Shown piece after piece: positions 42,287-51,559 of a stretch of DNA of 64,000 nucleotides; within the stretch, counting starts at the first letter, position 1, and every line of letters starts with the position of its first letter. The DNA lies in contig CAVZYJ010000014.1 in NCBI GenBank assembly GCA_963779485.1, positions 61,960 to 125,959 on the forward strand, in the 5' to 3' direction. The notes under the pieces are model-generated. The model saw only the letters and a list, made by a program, of their open reading frames with translations, did not search any database and had not been told where the DNA came from. The translations under genes and the position numbers were made by a program. The stretch is from an uncultured Actinomycetota bacterium (GTDB lineage Bacteria > Actinomycetota > Actinomycetes > Mycobacteriales > Jatrophihabitantaceae).

Positions 42287-43863
42287 TCACTGCGCGAGTT
42301 CGATTTCTCCGGGTCGCCAAGTCTTGTCGAAGAAGGACTGAAGCGGGCTGTACAGGCGAAGCGCGACGAACCAGCCCTTGTCGGGGTCGGTCTGGATCCA
42401 GTTACCCCGAGCGACGCCCTCCGGTCGCGTTGGTGAGAAATAGACCACGGTGGACCCGTCCGACTCCGCCTCGGCCGCAGGTGAGGGATAGCTCTGGCTG
42501 CCCGCCCGAGGATAGCGCTGCGCCGTTTGCAGCATGGAGCGGGTCTGGTTGTCGTAGACGGTCAGTGACCAGAACCGGGCCGCCGGGATGTCCTTGGGCA
42601 GCCGCAGCCGGTAGGTCCTCGCGCCGTCGAAGGGTTCGCCGTCCGGGTCGACGTTGGCGATGAGGTACTGCGACCCGACGCCGGTCAGCCGCATACACAT
42701 GGCGGGGGTGATGGCGGTGGCGGTGTAGAACATCGCGGTCCGGGAGTGCAGCCGGCGGGCATCCTGGTTCGGGTAGGGCTTGATACCTTCCGGAGTGATC
42801 TCCGGCGGTGGGTTGGTGAACTCGAACCCGCCGACGAACAGCATGTTCCACCACGCGGTGTCACCCTCGTAGTAGCGGAAGCCCTCGGTCGGCGACGCCC
42901 CCAGCCCGATCATCCGGGACGAGGCGTTGCCGACGGCCACCGCGTCGTCGAGGATCGCGCGCAGCCGATCATCGGGCTGGAATTTCTCGCCCTTGGCGAT
43001 CCCGATCGCGGCGAACTGACCGGCCAGCTCGGTGTCGAGCGCCTCGGCCGGCTCCAGCTGCACCAGGGCGTTGAGCATCTCGTAGTGGCCGAAGTCGTTG
43101 GGCGGGACGGTGTTCATCGCCAGACCGGTCCCCTCCACGAACCGGGGGCTCTGCGGACTGGGCACCTGGCCGAGCGGACCCTCTCCGGTTAGGTAGGCGC
43201 CGATGCTGCTGCCCAGGCCACCGGCGGCGTAGGGATAGATCTTCAGCTGCTCCTTGATACGGGCGACGGTCGGCGCGGGGTCGTCGCCGGGGTTCTCGTT
43301 GATGAACGCCCGGCCGATCAAGGTCACGATGTTGGTGCGCGAGTGCCGCACGTAGTAGCCACCTTCGGGCAGCGGGCCGTCGTACTCGGGGCCGACCAGC
43401 AGGTAGGTCCCGCCCTGGCCGCGGTCCGCACCGGGCAGGCCGAAGTCGCTGATCCAGCGGAACCAGATGTCGTCGAAGAGGCCCAGAACGTGTCGGATGG
43501 TGTCTCGATCACCAGTGGTCCCTGCGACAGGTCGTGAAAGGACCAGAAGTAGACGGTGTCGGCATTTGCGGTCAAGAACAGCGACCGGGAATCCATCAGC
43601 TCTGAGAAGATCAGCACGTCGCCATCCGCGATGCCGGCGTCCTGAAACCCCTTGCGGATGGCGAACACGGACACCCCCTGGATGGTGTTCATGAACGTCT
43701 CGACGCCGTGCAGGTAGTCCAGGTGGTCGCGCAGCCCCGCTGCGGTGGCACTCGTCGGGTAGCCGTCGGTGAACTCCAGGGTCCCGATCCCGGACTCCAC
43801 CCTCGATGGAGTCGTGACCGATGGCGGGACGGCCGTCCTGTTTACGTCGTCGGTAGCGGGCAT
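42287..43863 (-). pseudogene. DUF1254 + DUF1214 domain protein gene with one frameshift
   Basis: ATG 43863 has GGAGGAG upstream. The N-terminal frame (track 43324..44034) runs through ...SQGPLVIETPSDT. The continuation VLGLFDDIWFRWISDFGLPGADRGQGGTYLLVGPEYDGPLPEGGYYVRHSRTN... is in the frame of track ORF 42287..43351. The switch lies near 43485-43495. Confidence 0.75.
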
Positions 43864-43918
43864 CGCTGTCTCCTCCAGATCCGATTGACGTAAGCGTAGG
43901 GATGCTGGGCGCCCGCGG

Positions 43919-43941
43919 GCTTCACCCATACTGTGTGAAAG
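43919..43941 (-). promoter_or_regulatory. Copy a of the recurrent oriented element (TTTCACACAGTATGGGTGAAGCC on minus strand)
   Basis: Fits the skeleton TCAY-N4-TYTG-NR-TGA shared by nine sites. It lies 56 nt upstream of the DUF1254/DUF1214 start. Confidence 0.5.
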
Positions 43942-44049
43942 TGCGGCGAAGGCCGATGGGTTGCCGCACCCGGGCCGGGATCCTCGATTGTGTCCGTCGA
44001 AGCCGGCAGCGACCCCGCGAGGCATTGCCGACATCCGGCGCCTGCCATG

Positions 44050-44152
44050 GTCGTTACACAGAATGCATGAGTCGCTTCTCGCGGGTCTGCTGCGGTATGC
44101 CGGCAGCGGCGGTGTCGACAGATTTGACGATTCATCTGATCTGTGTGATGCC
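44050..44152. promoter_or_regulatory. Divergent pair I of the recurrent element (b 44050-44071 minus; c 44131-44152 plus; 59-bp spacer)
   Basis: b is CTCATGCATTCTGTGTAACGAC (minus) and points to the DUF1254/DUF1214 gene. c is TTCATCTGATCTGTGTGATGCC (plus) and points to the CMD-family gene. Confidence 0.6.
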
Positions 44153-44257
44153 GGCGGTGTCTGTCCTGTCGTTCAATGGGTGGGCAGGGATCCGCGGCCC
44201 GATCGGGCGTCGGATGCCTGGCCATGGAGTCCCGTCCGGTGATCTTGTCGGTCGCCG

Positions 44258-44623
44258 TTGGCGCGGAAGGGTGGGTGGGCTTTGGATTACACGGACCGGC
44301 TGCGCCGTCTGGCGATCAACGACGCGAACTTTGCGCGGGACTGCGTCGGCGGAGCCGGCGTTGATTCCGGAGAGCTCGATGCGAGGACGTTGGCGCTGGT
44401 GCGTCTGGCCGGGTTGGTCGCGGTGGGCGGCGCTGTTCCGTCCTACGGCGCGCAGGCCGATGCGGCGGTGGATGCGGGGGCGACGGCGGCCGAGATCGTC
44501 GAGGTGCTGGTCGGCGTCGTTCCCATCGTCGGGCTGCCCCGGGTTGTCGCGGCTGCCCCCAAGGTCGCGACGGCGCTCGGGTACGACATTGACCAAGCCC
44601 TGGAACACCAGTCCGATCGATGA
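44258..44623 (+). CDS. Carboxymuconolactone decarboxylase (AhpD-like) family protein
   Basis: 121-aa ORF. LDYTDRLRRLAINDANF...LDARTLALVRLAGLVAVGGAVPSYGAQADAAVDAGATAAEIVEVLVGVVPIVGLPRVVAAAPKVATALGYD is typical of small CMD-domain proteins. The start codon is uncertain (TTG 44258, or the later TTG at LDYT). Confidence 0.7.
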   Translation: MARKGGWALDYTDRLRRLAINDANFARDCVGGAGVDSGELDARTLALVRLAGLVAVGGAVPSYGAQADAAVDAGATAAEIVEVLVGVVPIVGLPRVVAAAPKVATALGYDIDQALEHQSDR

Positions 44624-46878
44624 TGCCGGCTACGCCGCCGAGCAGTCCGATCAGCGACGCGCGTTGGACCGCGTCGCCGCGGGAGGACACGCCCAATTTT
44701 CGATAGATCGAGCCGACCTGCGAGTTGACGGTGTTGCGGGACACGAACAGCCGCTCCCCGATCTCACGAATCGTCAGATGCGTTTGCAGATACGGCAGCA
44801 GCCGAAGCTCCGCCGGGCTGAGCGGCGACCCGCCGGTTGCTCCCACCGCGGGGCTCGAGGTGACGATCCCGCGGAACTCGGACACCTCGTCGACGAGGAC
44901 GCCAAGAGCCGGCCGGTGGAGCAGAATGTCGTCGATCTCACGCAGCAGGTGACGAGCGGTCGTGTGGTCGGCCAGGGCCCAGTACACCTTGGCCAGTTGC
45001 AGTCGCGCGCGCACGGCCAGATATGGCAGCGCAAACGTCAATGACGGACGCGCTCGCATCGCCCGAGTGAGCTGGCGGTTCGCCTCGCTCAGGTCGTATC
45101 GGTGCACGCACAGCCGAGCCGCGGCGGCGAAGGCGAACACGCAAACGATGTAGTCGTACAGCCGGGCCTCATCAACGACGGCGAGGGCACGATCCACGTG
45201 GTCGGCCGCCTCGGCCCATTGCCCACGATCCATCGCCAAGAACGCGAGCTCGGACTCGCTGAGGACGAGCGTGTCGGTATTGGACATGGTGGCGGCCAGG
45301 GCGGAGGACTCCGCGAACAGCGCAGCGGCGCGGTCGAGGTCCCCGCGGAGCAGGTGCGCCTCGGCGCACAAAACGAGCGCCTGGTCGCGCCACGGGCTCC
45401 ACGGCAGCTCGTGGGCGACGCCGAAGACGGCGTCGGTCATCGCTTGATCCGGACCGGAGGCACACATGATGGACCGCAACATCGCCCGCGCCGAGTCGAA
45501 CGACGCCGTGCCGTCCACTGGTGTCAGGTCGAACGAGGCGACGTCGAGGATCGCCGCCCACCGTTGCGCTTCGGCGGTCTGTCCGGTCAACACCGCGACC
45601 CAGCCGGCCAGCACGGCGAGCGGGGGATAGTCCTCAATCGCGGCGTCGCCGAGCGCGGAGAGCCAACGCTGCACGGTCGACATGTGGCCGGCCTGGTAGG
45701 TCGGCAGGATCAACTCCGTCACCAATTTGACGCATCGGTCCCGCTCGGTCGTGTTCAACAGGTGCTCGACAGCCATCGCCGGGGATCCATTGGACTCATA
45801 CCAGTCAGCGGCTCGCAGATGCAGCTTCATGATGACGTCGGGTTCGACTCGACGAAGCTCACCGAGCAGGAACTCCCGGAACAGTGCGTGGTAGCGGTAC
45901 CACTCGCGCCGACGATCGAGCGGAATCAGGAACAAACTCGCGGCCTCGAGCGCGCGCAGCCGCTCCTGCGCGCCCGATTCCTCGAGTAGGGCATCGCACA
46001 GCGGAGCAGACAGTTGATCGAGGACCGCGGTGCACCGCAGGAACCGCTGAAGACTCGCGGGCAGCTGCATCAACGACTCGCGGTAGAGGTAGTCGGCCAC
46101 GTACCGATCGTCACCGGAGACCGCCAACGCCTGACCGTGACTGTCGCGCGCGATCAGCGCGGCGAGGTAGATGCCGACCGGCCAGCCCTCGGTCCGTTCG
46201 GTGACGCGCGGCAGCCAGCTCGCGGGTAAGGCCTACGTGTGCCTGCGCGAAGATCTGCTCGGCGCCGGCCGCGTCGAGGGCCAGGTCGTCCGAACGCAAC
46301 TCCAGCGCGTCACCCGACGCCCGCAGCCGCGGCAGGTGCGGCTGCTCGACACGACTCGCCGCGACCAGTTGACAGCCTCGAGGGATCCCCGAGATCACCA
46401 CGCTGAGCACATCGTGACAGGCGGGCGAGCGCAGTTCGTGCAGATCGTCCAGCATGAGCACGAACGGAACCGGGCTCGTCCGTAACGCTGAGGCCAGACG
46501 CGGCGCAGCCCGTCCCAACACCGACACCCCCAGACCGCCCATGTCGGCGATCAGGTCGGCGCCGCCCGGCGAGATCCGCGCGTACGCGGACGCCAATAGG
46601 GCGAGCAGGAGCGCGGGATCATCGTCGAAGCGGTCCAGACTCACCCAGGCGACGCGACGATCCTCCGCGCGGGCCCACTGGACCAGCAAGGTCGACTTGC
46701 CGTATCCCGCCGGCGCGGTCACGCCGACCACACGGCAACCGCTCGCCCGAGCCGCGTCGATCAGCCCGGCGCGACTCACGAAACCCGGGCGCGACTGCGG
46801 AACCGAAAGCTTCGAATCGAGCAGCACCTCGTCGAAGCCAGCAACCGTCGGCGTCGGCCCGCCCCGATCCTCGGTCAC
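44316..46878 (-). pseudogene. MalT-like ATP-dependent LuxR family regulator with one frameshift and an over-long 3' end
   Basis: The N-terminal part (track 46111..46878) has VVGVTAPAGYGKSTLLVQW...VLMLDDLHEL. The continuation VTERTEGWPVGIYLAALIARDSHGQALAVSGDDRYVADYL... is in the frame of track 44316..46127, with the switch near 46203-46212. The LuxR HTH is SPAELRLLPYLQTHLTIREIGERLFVSRNTVNSQVGSIYRKLGV. After ...QRASLIGLLGG the ORF runs about 300 nt further into the convergent CMD gene. Confidence 0.7.
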
Positions 46879-47129
46879 GGTCGAATCCTACGGATCGATC
46901 TTCGGGGCGTTCAACGCTCACCTTCCGGCGGAGAGACTGGCAAATGTCGCTGGGCGTGATGCGGTAGCCGTGTTCGTGCTTGAGGCTACGGTGCGGACCG
47001 CCGAACCGAACCGTCGTCGGGTGCGCATTCGCGCCCCTGACATCTCGATCAGCGGACGTCTCGTCGGCATCGCGTCACGAGCGCAGTCTCTCCGTCAGCG
47101 CTCCGAACGTCGAACCGTCAGATCCACCA

Positions 47130-48446
47130 TCACGGCAACGCCAGACGCCAGAGCAGGGCCGGATCCCGGTCGGGCGTGGGTGTTGGCGGGGCCAGGCGGA
47201 CGCGCGGCACGCGTACCCGCAGCGCTCCCGGATGGATCTGGCAGCGCACCGGGGTCGGCATCAGCACCGACTCCCCGTCGATGCCCACTGGTATCTCCTC
47301 GGCATCAGCATCGATGACCACCTCGTGCGCGGTCACCTGGCGCAGTCCACTGGAGTGCCGGCGCATTAACGCGGCGGCTTGGGCGGCACTGTCGACGGTG
47401 ATCGCGACGACTCCAAGCACACCGCTATCCAGACGCGCGCGCCGACCCAGACCCGCGATGTCTCTGAGATCGTAGGGGTTGTTGCTGATCAGGAGCGCTG
47501 TGGGTCCCTCGATCGTCATGTCGCCGTCGATCCGGCCGACCAGGCGCGCGCCACGCCGACCGGAGAGCAGGTCTGGCAGCATCTGCAGCGTTGTGTCGCG
47601 CTTGTCGGCGCGGTACGCCGGGCTCTGCACGATCTCGGCGTACGCACCGAAGGACGCGTTGTTGACGAAGGTCCGGTCGCCGATCACACCAAGATCCAGC
47701 GTGAGCTCAACCCCGTCGGTGAGGGCGTCCAGACCTAACTCCGGGTGATCCCGATCCAGCCCGAGATCCATGGCGAAGTGGTTCCGGGTGCCCGCCGAGA
47801 TCACCAGGAACGGCAAGCCGTGGTCGGCGGCGATGCCGGCGACCAATGCCTGCGTACCGTCGCCGCCAGCGACGCCGAGCAGATCGGCCCCGCCGGCGAC
47901 CGCGTCGCGCGCCATCGCGGCGACGTCGACATGCCCCGGGCCTTCGATGAGTGCCACCGTCGCTCCCATGGCGGCGGCCCTGTCCTTCAGGTCGAACTTG
48001 CCGACCTTGCCACCGCCTGAGCGCGGATTCATGATCACGTAGGGTCGGCGAGGCGGCGGCGTCTCCCGCTCGGGTATGCGCGTGGGCGGTTTCGCCCGCA
48101 CCAGAGCAGCCCTTGCCGCGGCGACGGCCGCCCCCATAAGCACCACGACGATGATGATCGGTAGCAGCAGGTCTTGGGAGATATAAACAACGACCACTGC
48201 GATCGGCGCCGCGACCGCGACCAGCGCGCCAAGCCAGCGGACGACGCCGCGATTGCTCAGGAACCACCAGCCACCGACGAGCGTAGCTGCCAGTCCGCCC
48301 ACACCCACCAACAGCACGCCGAGGCTCTTCGTGACGCCCCCCACGAGCAGCACGAGCACCGCTGCAAACGCCAACAGGTAGGCCAGCCGGGCGAACCATC
48401 GCGCGCGTGCGGCCACCGGTGCGGAACTGGGTACGACCTCAGTCAT
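47130..48446 (-). CDS. Diacylglycerol/lipid kinase family protein with N-terminal membrane domain
   Basis: 438 aa. Four N-terminal TM segments, then the DAGK catalytic domain: YVIMNPRSGGGK...LLGVAGGDGTQALVAGIAADHGLPFLVISAGTRNHFAMDLG. Confidence 0.8.
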   Translation of the reverse strand: MTEVVPSSAPVAARARWFARLAYLLAFAAVLVLLVGGVTKSLGVLLVGVGGLAATLVGGWWFLSNRGVVRWLGALVAVAAPIAVVVVYISQDLLLPIIIVVVLMGAAVAAARAALVRAKPPTRIPERETPPPRRPYVIMNPRSGGGKVGKFDLKDRAAAMGATVALIEGPGHVDVAAMARDAVAGGADLLGVAGGDGTQALVAGIAADHGLPFLVISAGTRNHFAMDLGLDRDHPELGLDALTDGVELTLDLGVIGDRTFVNNASFGAYAEIVQSPAYRADKRDTTLQMLPDLLSGRRGARLVGRIDGDMTIEGPTALLISNNPYDLRDIAGLGRRARLDSGVLGVVAITVDSAAQAAALMRRHSSGLRQVTAHEVVIDADAEEIPVGIDGESVLMPTPVRCQIHPGALRVRVPRVRLAPPTPTPDRDPALLWRLALP

Positions 48447-48552
48447 CGTCAGTCCAGGTCATCAGTGGTTCCCCCTCGGTCGTGGGTCAGGCGAACAAGC
48501 GGGCGGTCAGGTGAAAGGCGAGCCGCGCCTGGTCAAGACCGTCCGTGCGCCC

Positions 48553-50033
48553 TCAGACTCCCTCACGCGCTTGCAGCCGTCCGGATCGAACCGCGTTCAC
48601 GAACTGCTGATAGTCCTGTTCGTTCTGGTCGGCGTAGCGCTTGGAGAAGTCGGTGATGGACTGGTCGAAGGCATCGTCCGGGCCCAGGTATTCGGCGATC
48701 GCGACGGGGTCCCCGGATCGGGCGTGGGCTCGCGCGAGTGTCCACCCGCAGGAGCGGGCGTAGAAGGTGAGCGCGACCGGTGTCATGGTTTCGACCGTCG
48801 CGGAGCCTTTCATATCGCGTAGTTGACGCCAGTAGAAGTGGCGGTTCTGGTCGACGCCTTTGGTCCAGCCGGGTAGATGTCGCTGGCAGCCTGCATCATC
48901 CGCTGACCGTGCACGACCCGTTCGCCGTGTTGGCGGTAGCGGCTTCTGGGCAGGTAGGCCTCGAGTACAGATGCGGTGGCCTCCTTCACCTGCAGGAACA
49001 GCGGGTCCTGCGCGTCGCGGCCTTGCAGAAGCACGATGAACGCCCGGGTGCCGACGCTGCCCACGCCGACGACCTTGCGGGCCATGTCGATGACCTGAAA
49101 GCGTTCCAGCAGGTGCCGCCGGTCGTTTTGCAGGGTGGCCCGGTAGGCGCGGAACTGCTCCCGGATCACCGGCTCGACCTCGTCCGCGGACAGGCCGTAG
49201 GTGGCAGCCATGTCACGGGCCGGGACGACGATCGGGGGCTGGCTGACTATCCGGTACCGCCCGTCGACCAGCTCACCCAGCTTGGACAGCGCCTGCAGGC
49301 TGTCCCGGGTGCGCGCCTTCGCCGCCCCCTTCTCCGCCCCCTTCGCCGCGGTCTTGACCTGCTTCTCTTGCCGCTTGGCCTCCTCCCTGGCCTTCTTCGG
49401 TGCCTTCTTCGCCTTCGCCTGCGTCGCCGTCTCCGCGACAACGCCGCGCACCGCGTTCATCAGCGTGTCCTCGTCCAGATGCGTATACCAGACGTCCATC
49501 GTCCCCATCTGCCCGAACTCGGCCGTCGCCTCCCGGTAGGCGGTCACCGAGGCGAGCGTCGCCGCCGCGATGTCTGCCTTCGCAAACCCGTTGTTGCGGC
49601 CCGCGATCGTGAAACTGGCCGCCATCCGCTTCACGTCATACTCAAACGGCCCCGGCAACGTCTCGTCGAAGTCATTCACATCGAACAACAGTCGCCGTTC
49701 CGGGGAGGCGAACACCCCGAAATTCGACAGATGCGCGTCACCACACAATTGCGCATCCAACCCGGCGATCGGGGTGTCCTTCAGGTCCGCGGCCATGATC
49801 TTGGCCGCGCCCCGGTAGAAAGTGAACGGTGAGACCATCATCCGGCCGTGCCGCACCGGCACCAGGTCCGGCTCCCGGGTGATGTTCTGCTCCTCCAGCA
49901 GCGCAACTGGGTCTGGCCGGTCCGCGGCCGGACGCCATTTCACGTGGCTCGACGGAGGCGTCGACGCGCGAGCCTCCGCCGCTCTGGCTCTCCGCTCATC
50001 GATGCTCGGGTGCTCAATACCCTTAGTCGCCAT
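48553..50033 (-). pseudogene. DUF2252 domain protein gene with one frameshift near the 3' end
   Basis: From ATG 50033: MATKGIEHPS...RHGRMMVSPFTFYRGAAKIMAADL...LCGDAHLSNFGVFASPERRLLFDVNDFDETLPGPFEYDVKRM...HGQRMMQAASDIY. The expected continuation PGWTKGVDQNRHFYWRQLRDMKGSATVETM...FVNAVRSGRLQAREGV* is in the frame of track ORF 48553..48813. The switch lies near 48868-48876. Confidence 0.75.
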
Positions 50034-50198
50034 CCCGCGCCACCTCTCACTCTCATCGCCGCGCCTTCCGGCGGGCGAGCCACGAATGCGCTGCCTGCCT
50101 GGCCAACGCCGGTCCGGGCAGATCGCCAAAGCGATGGCTTGTATTCCTGCTTCTGTAGCAGTCGTGCGCAACTCATTCTCGGCAGAGTGGGCACCGTC

Positions 50199-50304
50199 GG
50201 CATCACGCAGATCAGGTGAACCGCATGTCGCGTCGACACCAGCGACGCGTCGCGCACGGCGGCGCGTCCCGGGTAAAGCGATTTCACACGTTCTGCGTGA
50301 CGAC
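50199..50304. promoter_or_regulatory. Divergent pair II of the recurrent element (d 50199-50220 minus; e 50283-50304 plus; 62-bp spacer)
   Basis: d is TTCACCTGATCTGCGTGATGCC (minus) and points to DUF2252. e is TTCACACGTTCTGCGTGACGAC (plus) and points to the small helical protein gene. Confidence 0.6.
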
Positions 50305-50394
50305 AACCGGGCGTCCTACGCCGGATGATCACCGTGTCATGGGGCAGGGCCACGCGGTGAATACAACCGACCCACAACGTGCGTGGAGGTCGTC

Positions 50395-50634
50395 ATGAGT
50401 AGGGCTGCCAGCCGACACAGCCGCCGCCAAGCCGATAGCGAAGCCGAGGCGATATCCCGGATCACCCGCCGCCTCCAGCAGCAGTTCCCCGAGCTTCCGG
50501 CCGAGGCCGTGGAAGCTATCGTGAATGAGCGCTACCACACCTTCGACGGTCGGCCGATACGCGAGTTCATCCCCGTCCTGGTGGAACACGCGGCCCGCGA
50601 AGATCTCAATGGCGACCATCCGTCGACACCATGA
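50395..50634 (+). CDS. Small conserved helical protein, paralogue of 25301..25585
   Basis: GGAGG lies 6 nt upstream of ATG 50395. Sequence MSRAASRHSRRQADSEAEAISRITRRLQQQFPELPAEAVEAIVNERYHTFDGRPIREFIPVLVEHAAREDL. The 5' flank ACGTGCGTGGAGGTCGTCATGAG is nearly identical to the flank at 25283-25304. Confidence 0.7.
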   Translation: MSRAASRHSRRQADSEAEAISRITRRLQQQFPELPAEAVEAIVNERYHTFDGRPIREFIPVLVEHAAREDLNGDHPSTP

Positions 50635-50732
50635 CCGCAAGGCGCTGAGTGTCGAGATGCGGGCGAACCCGGGCTCGAACCAATCGAGCAAGAGCGAGCG
50701 CCTAGAAGAACATATAGGCGTAAGCCTTCGAG

Positions 50733-50761
50733 CGGTTGCGCTGTGCGAAGCCGCGCAACCG
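50733..50761. terminator. Hairpin CGGTTGCGC-(11 nt)-GCGCAACCG between convergent genes
   Basis: 9-bp perfect stem 50733-50741 pairs with 50753-50761. It lies between the stop at 50634 (+) and the stop at 50867 (-). Confidence 0.35.
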
Positions 50762-50866
50762 GTTAGAGGGTTAGCGGCGGCGGCTCACTCGTCGTGACGT
50801 GCGCCGGGCTACTCTGCGTGATCCGAACATGGGACACCTCCAAAACGCGGTCGTCTGTCGTGGATG

Positions 50867-51415
50867 TTACGCCGTCGTTGAGGCGCCACCGTGCTCTAGC
50901 TCGTGGTGTTGACGGGCTTCATCGGCGCTGAGCAGGCCGATCTGGACCAGATCGAGGGGGCTGATGAAACCGTCGCTGAGGCGGAATCCGCCGGCGCGGA
51001 TTATGGCGTCGCGGAGCGGGACAGCCCACTGATGTTCGAGGAGCAGCACCGCAGCCGCGCTGTCGTTGGGGATGTCGTCGAGGACCTCCCACGCGTTTTC
51101 GTCGGTGAAGACTTCCACGCCGTCTGCGGCGGCCTCGGCGCCGGCGACCGCGCCAGCCTCTATTCCTTCCTCGCCGTCGATGGCCAGTCCGAGCAGTGCT
51201 CCGATCTTGCTGCCGAGCTCGATGGCCTCATCGGTGCTGAGGTTACTGAGGTGCTCGATCTCGATCTCACCTTCGGCGTCCTTATAGACGGCGAGGGCAT
51301 CGATCACGCGCACAGTGTCACTGGCGCGCAACCGCTCCAACTCGGCGATGATCTCCCCGTGGAAATTTGGCTGCTGAAAGCCTAAAACGATGAGCTGAAC
51401 GGGTCCAATAGCCAC
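50867..51415 (-). CDS. Conserved acidic hypothetical protein (DUF6325-like)
   Basis: GTG 51415 has GGAAAGGAA upstream. Sequence VAIGPVQLIVLGFQQPNFHGEIIAELERLRASDTVRVIDALAVYKDAEGEIEIEH...LLLEHQWAVPLRDAIIRAGG. Confidence 0.65.
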   Translation of the reverse strand: MAIGPVQLIVLGFQQPNFHGEIIAELERLRASDTVRVIDALAVYKDAEGEIEIEHLSNLSTDEAIELGSKIGALLGLAIDGEEGIEAGAVAGAEAAADGVEVFTDENAWEVLDDIPNDSAAAVLLLEHQWAVPLRDAIIRAGGFRLSDGFISPLDLVQIGLLSADEARQHHELEHGGASTTA

Positions 51416-51559
51416 GTCGGTTCCTTTCCTGGATAGGTCCGTCGGCACCGTATTGGGTATGCCGATGTGCAGGCAAGTGTGTTCGGGTCCCCCGGCCTCG
51501 CGCAACGCTCAGATTGGGTGATTACCGAGGCACTCGCCGAAGATCAGCCGGTATCCAGG

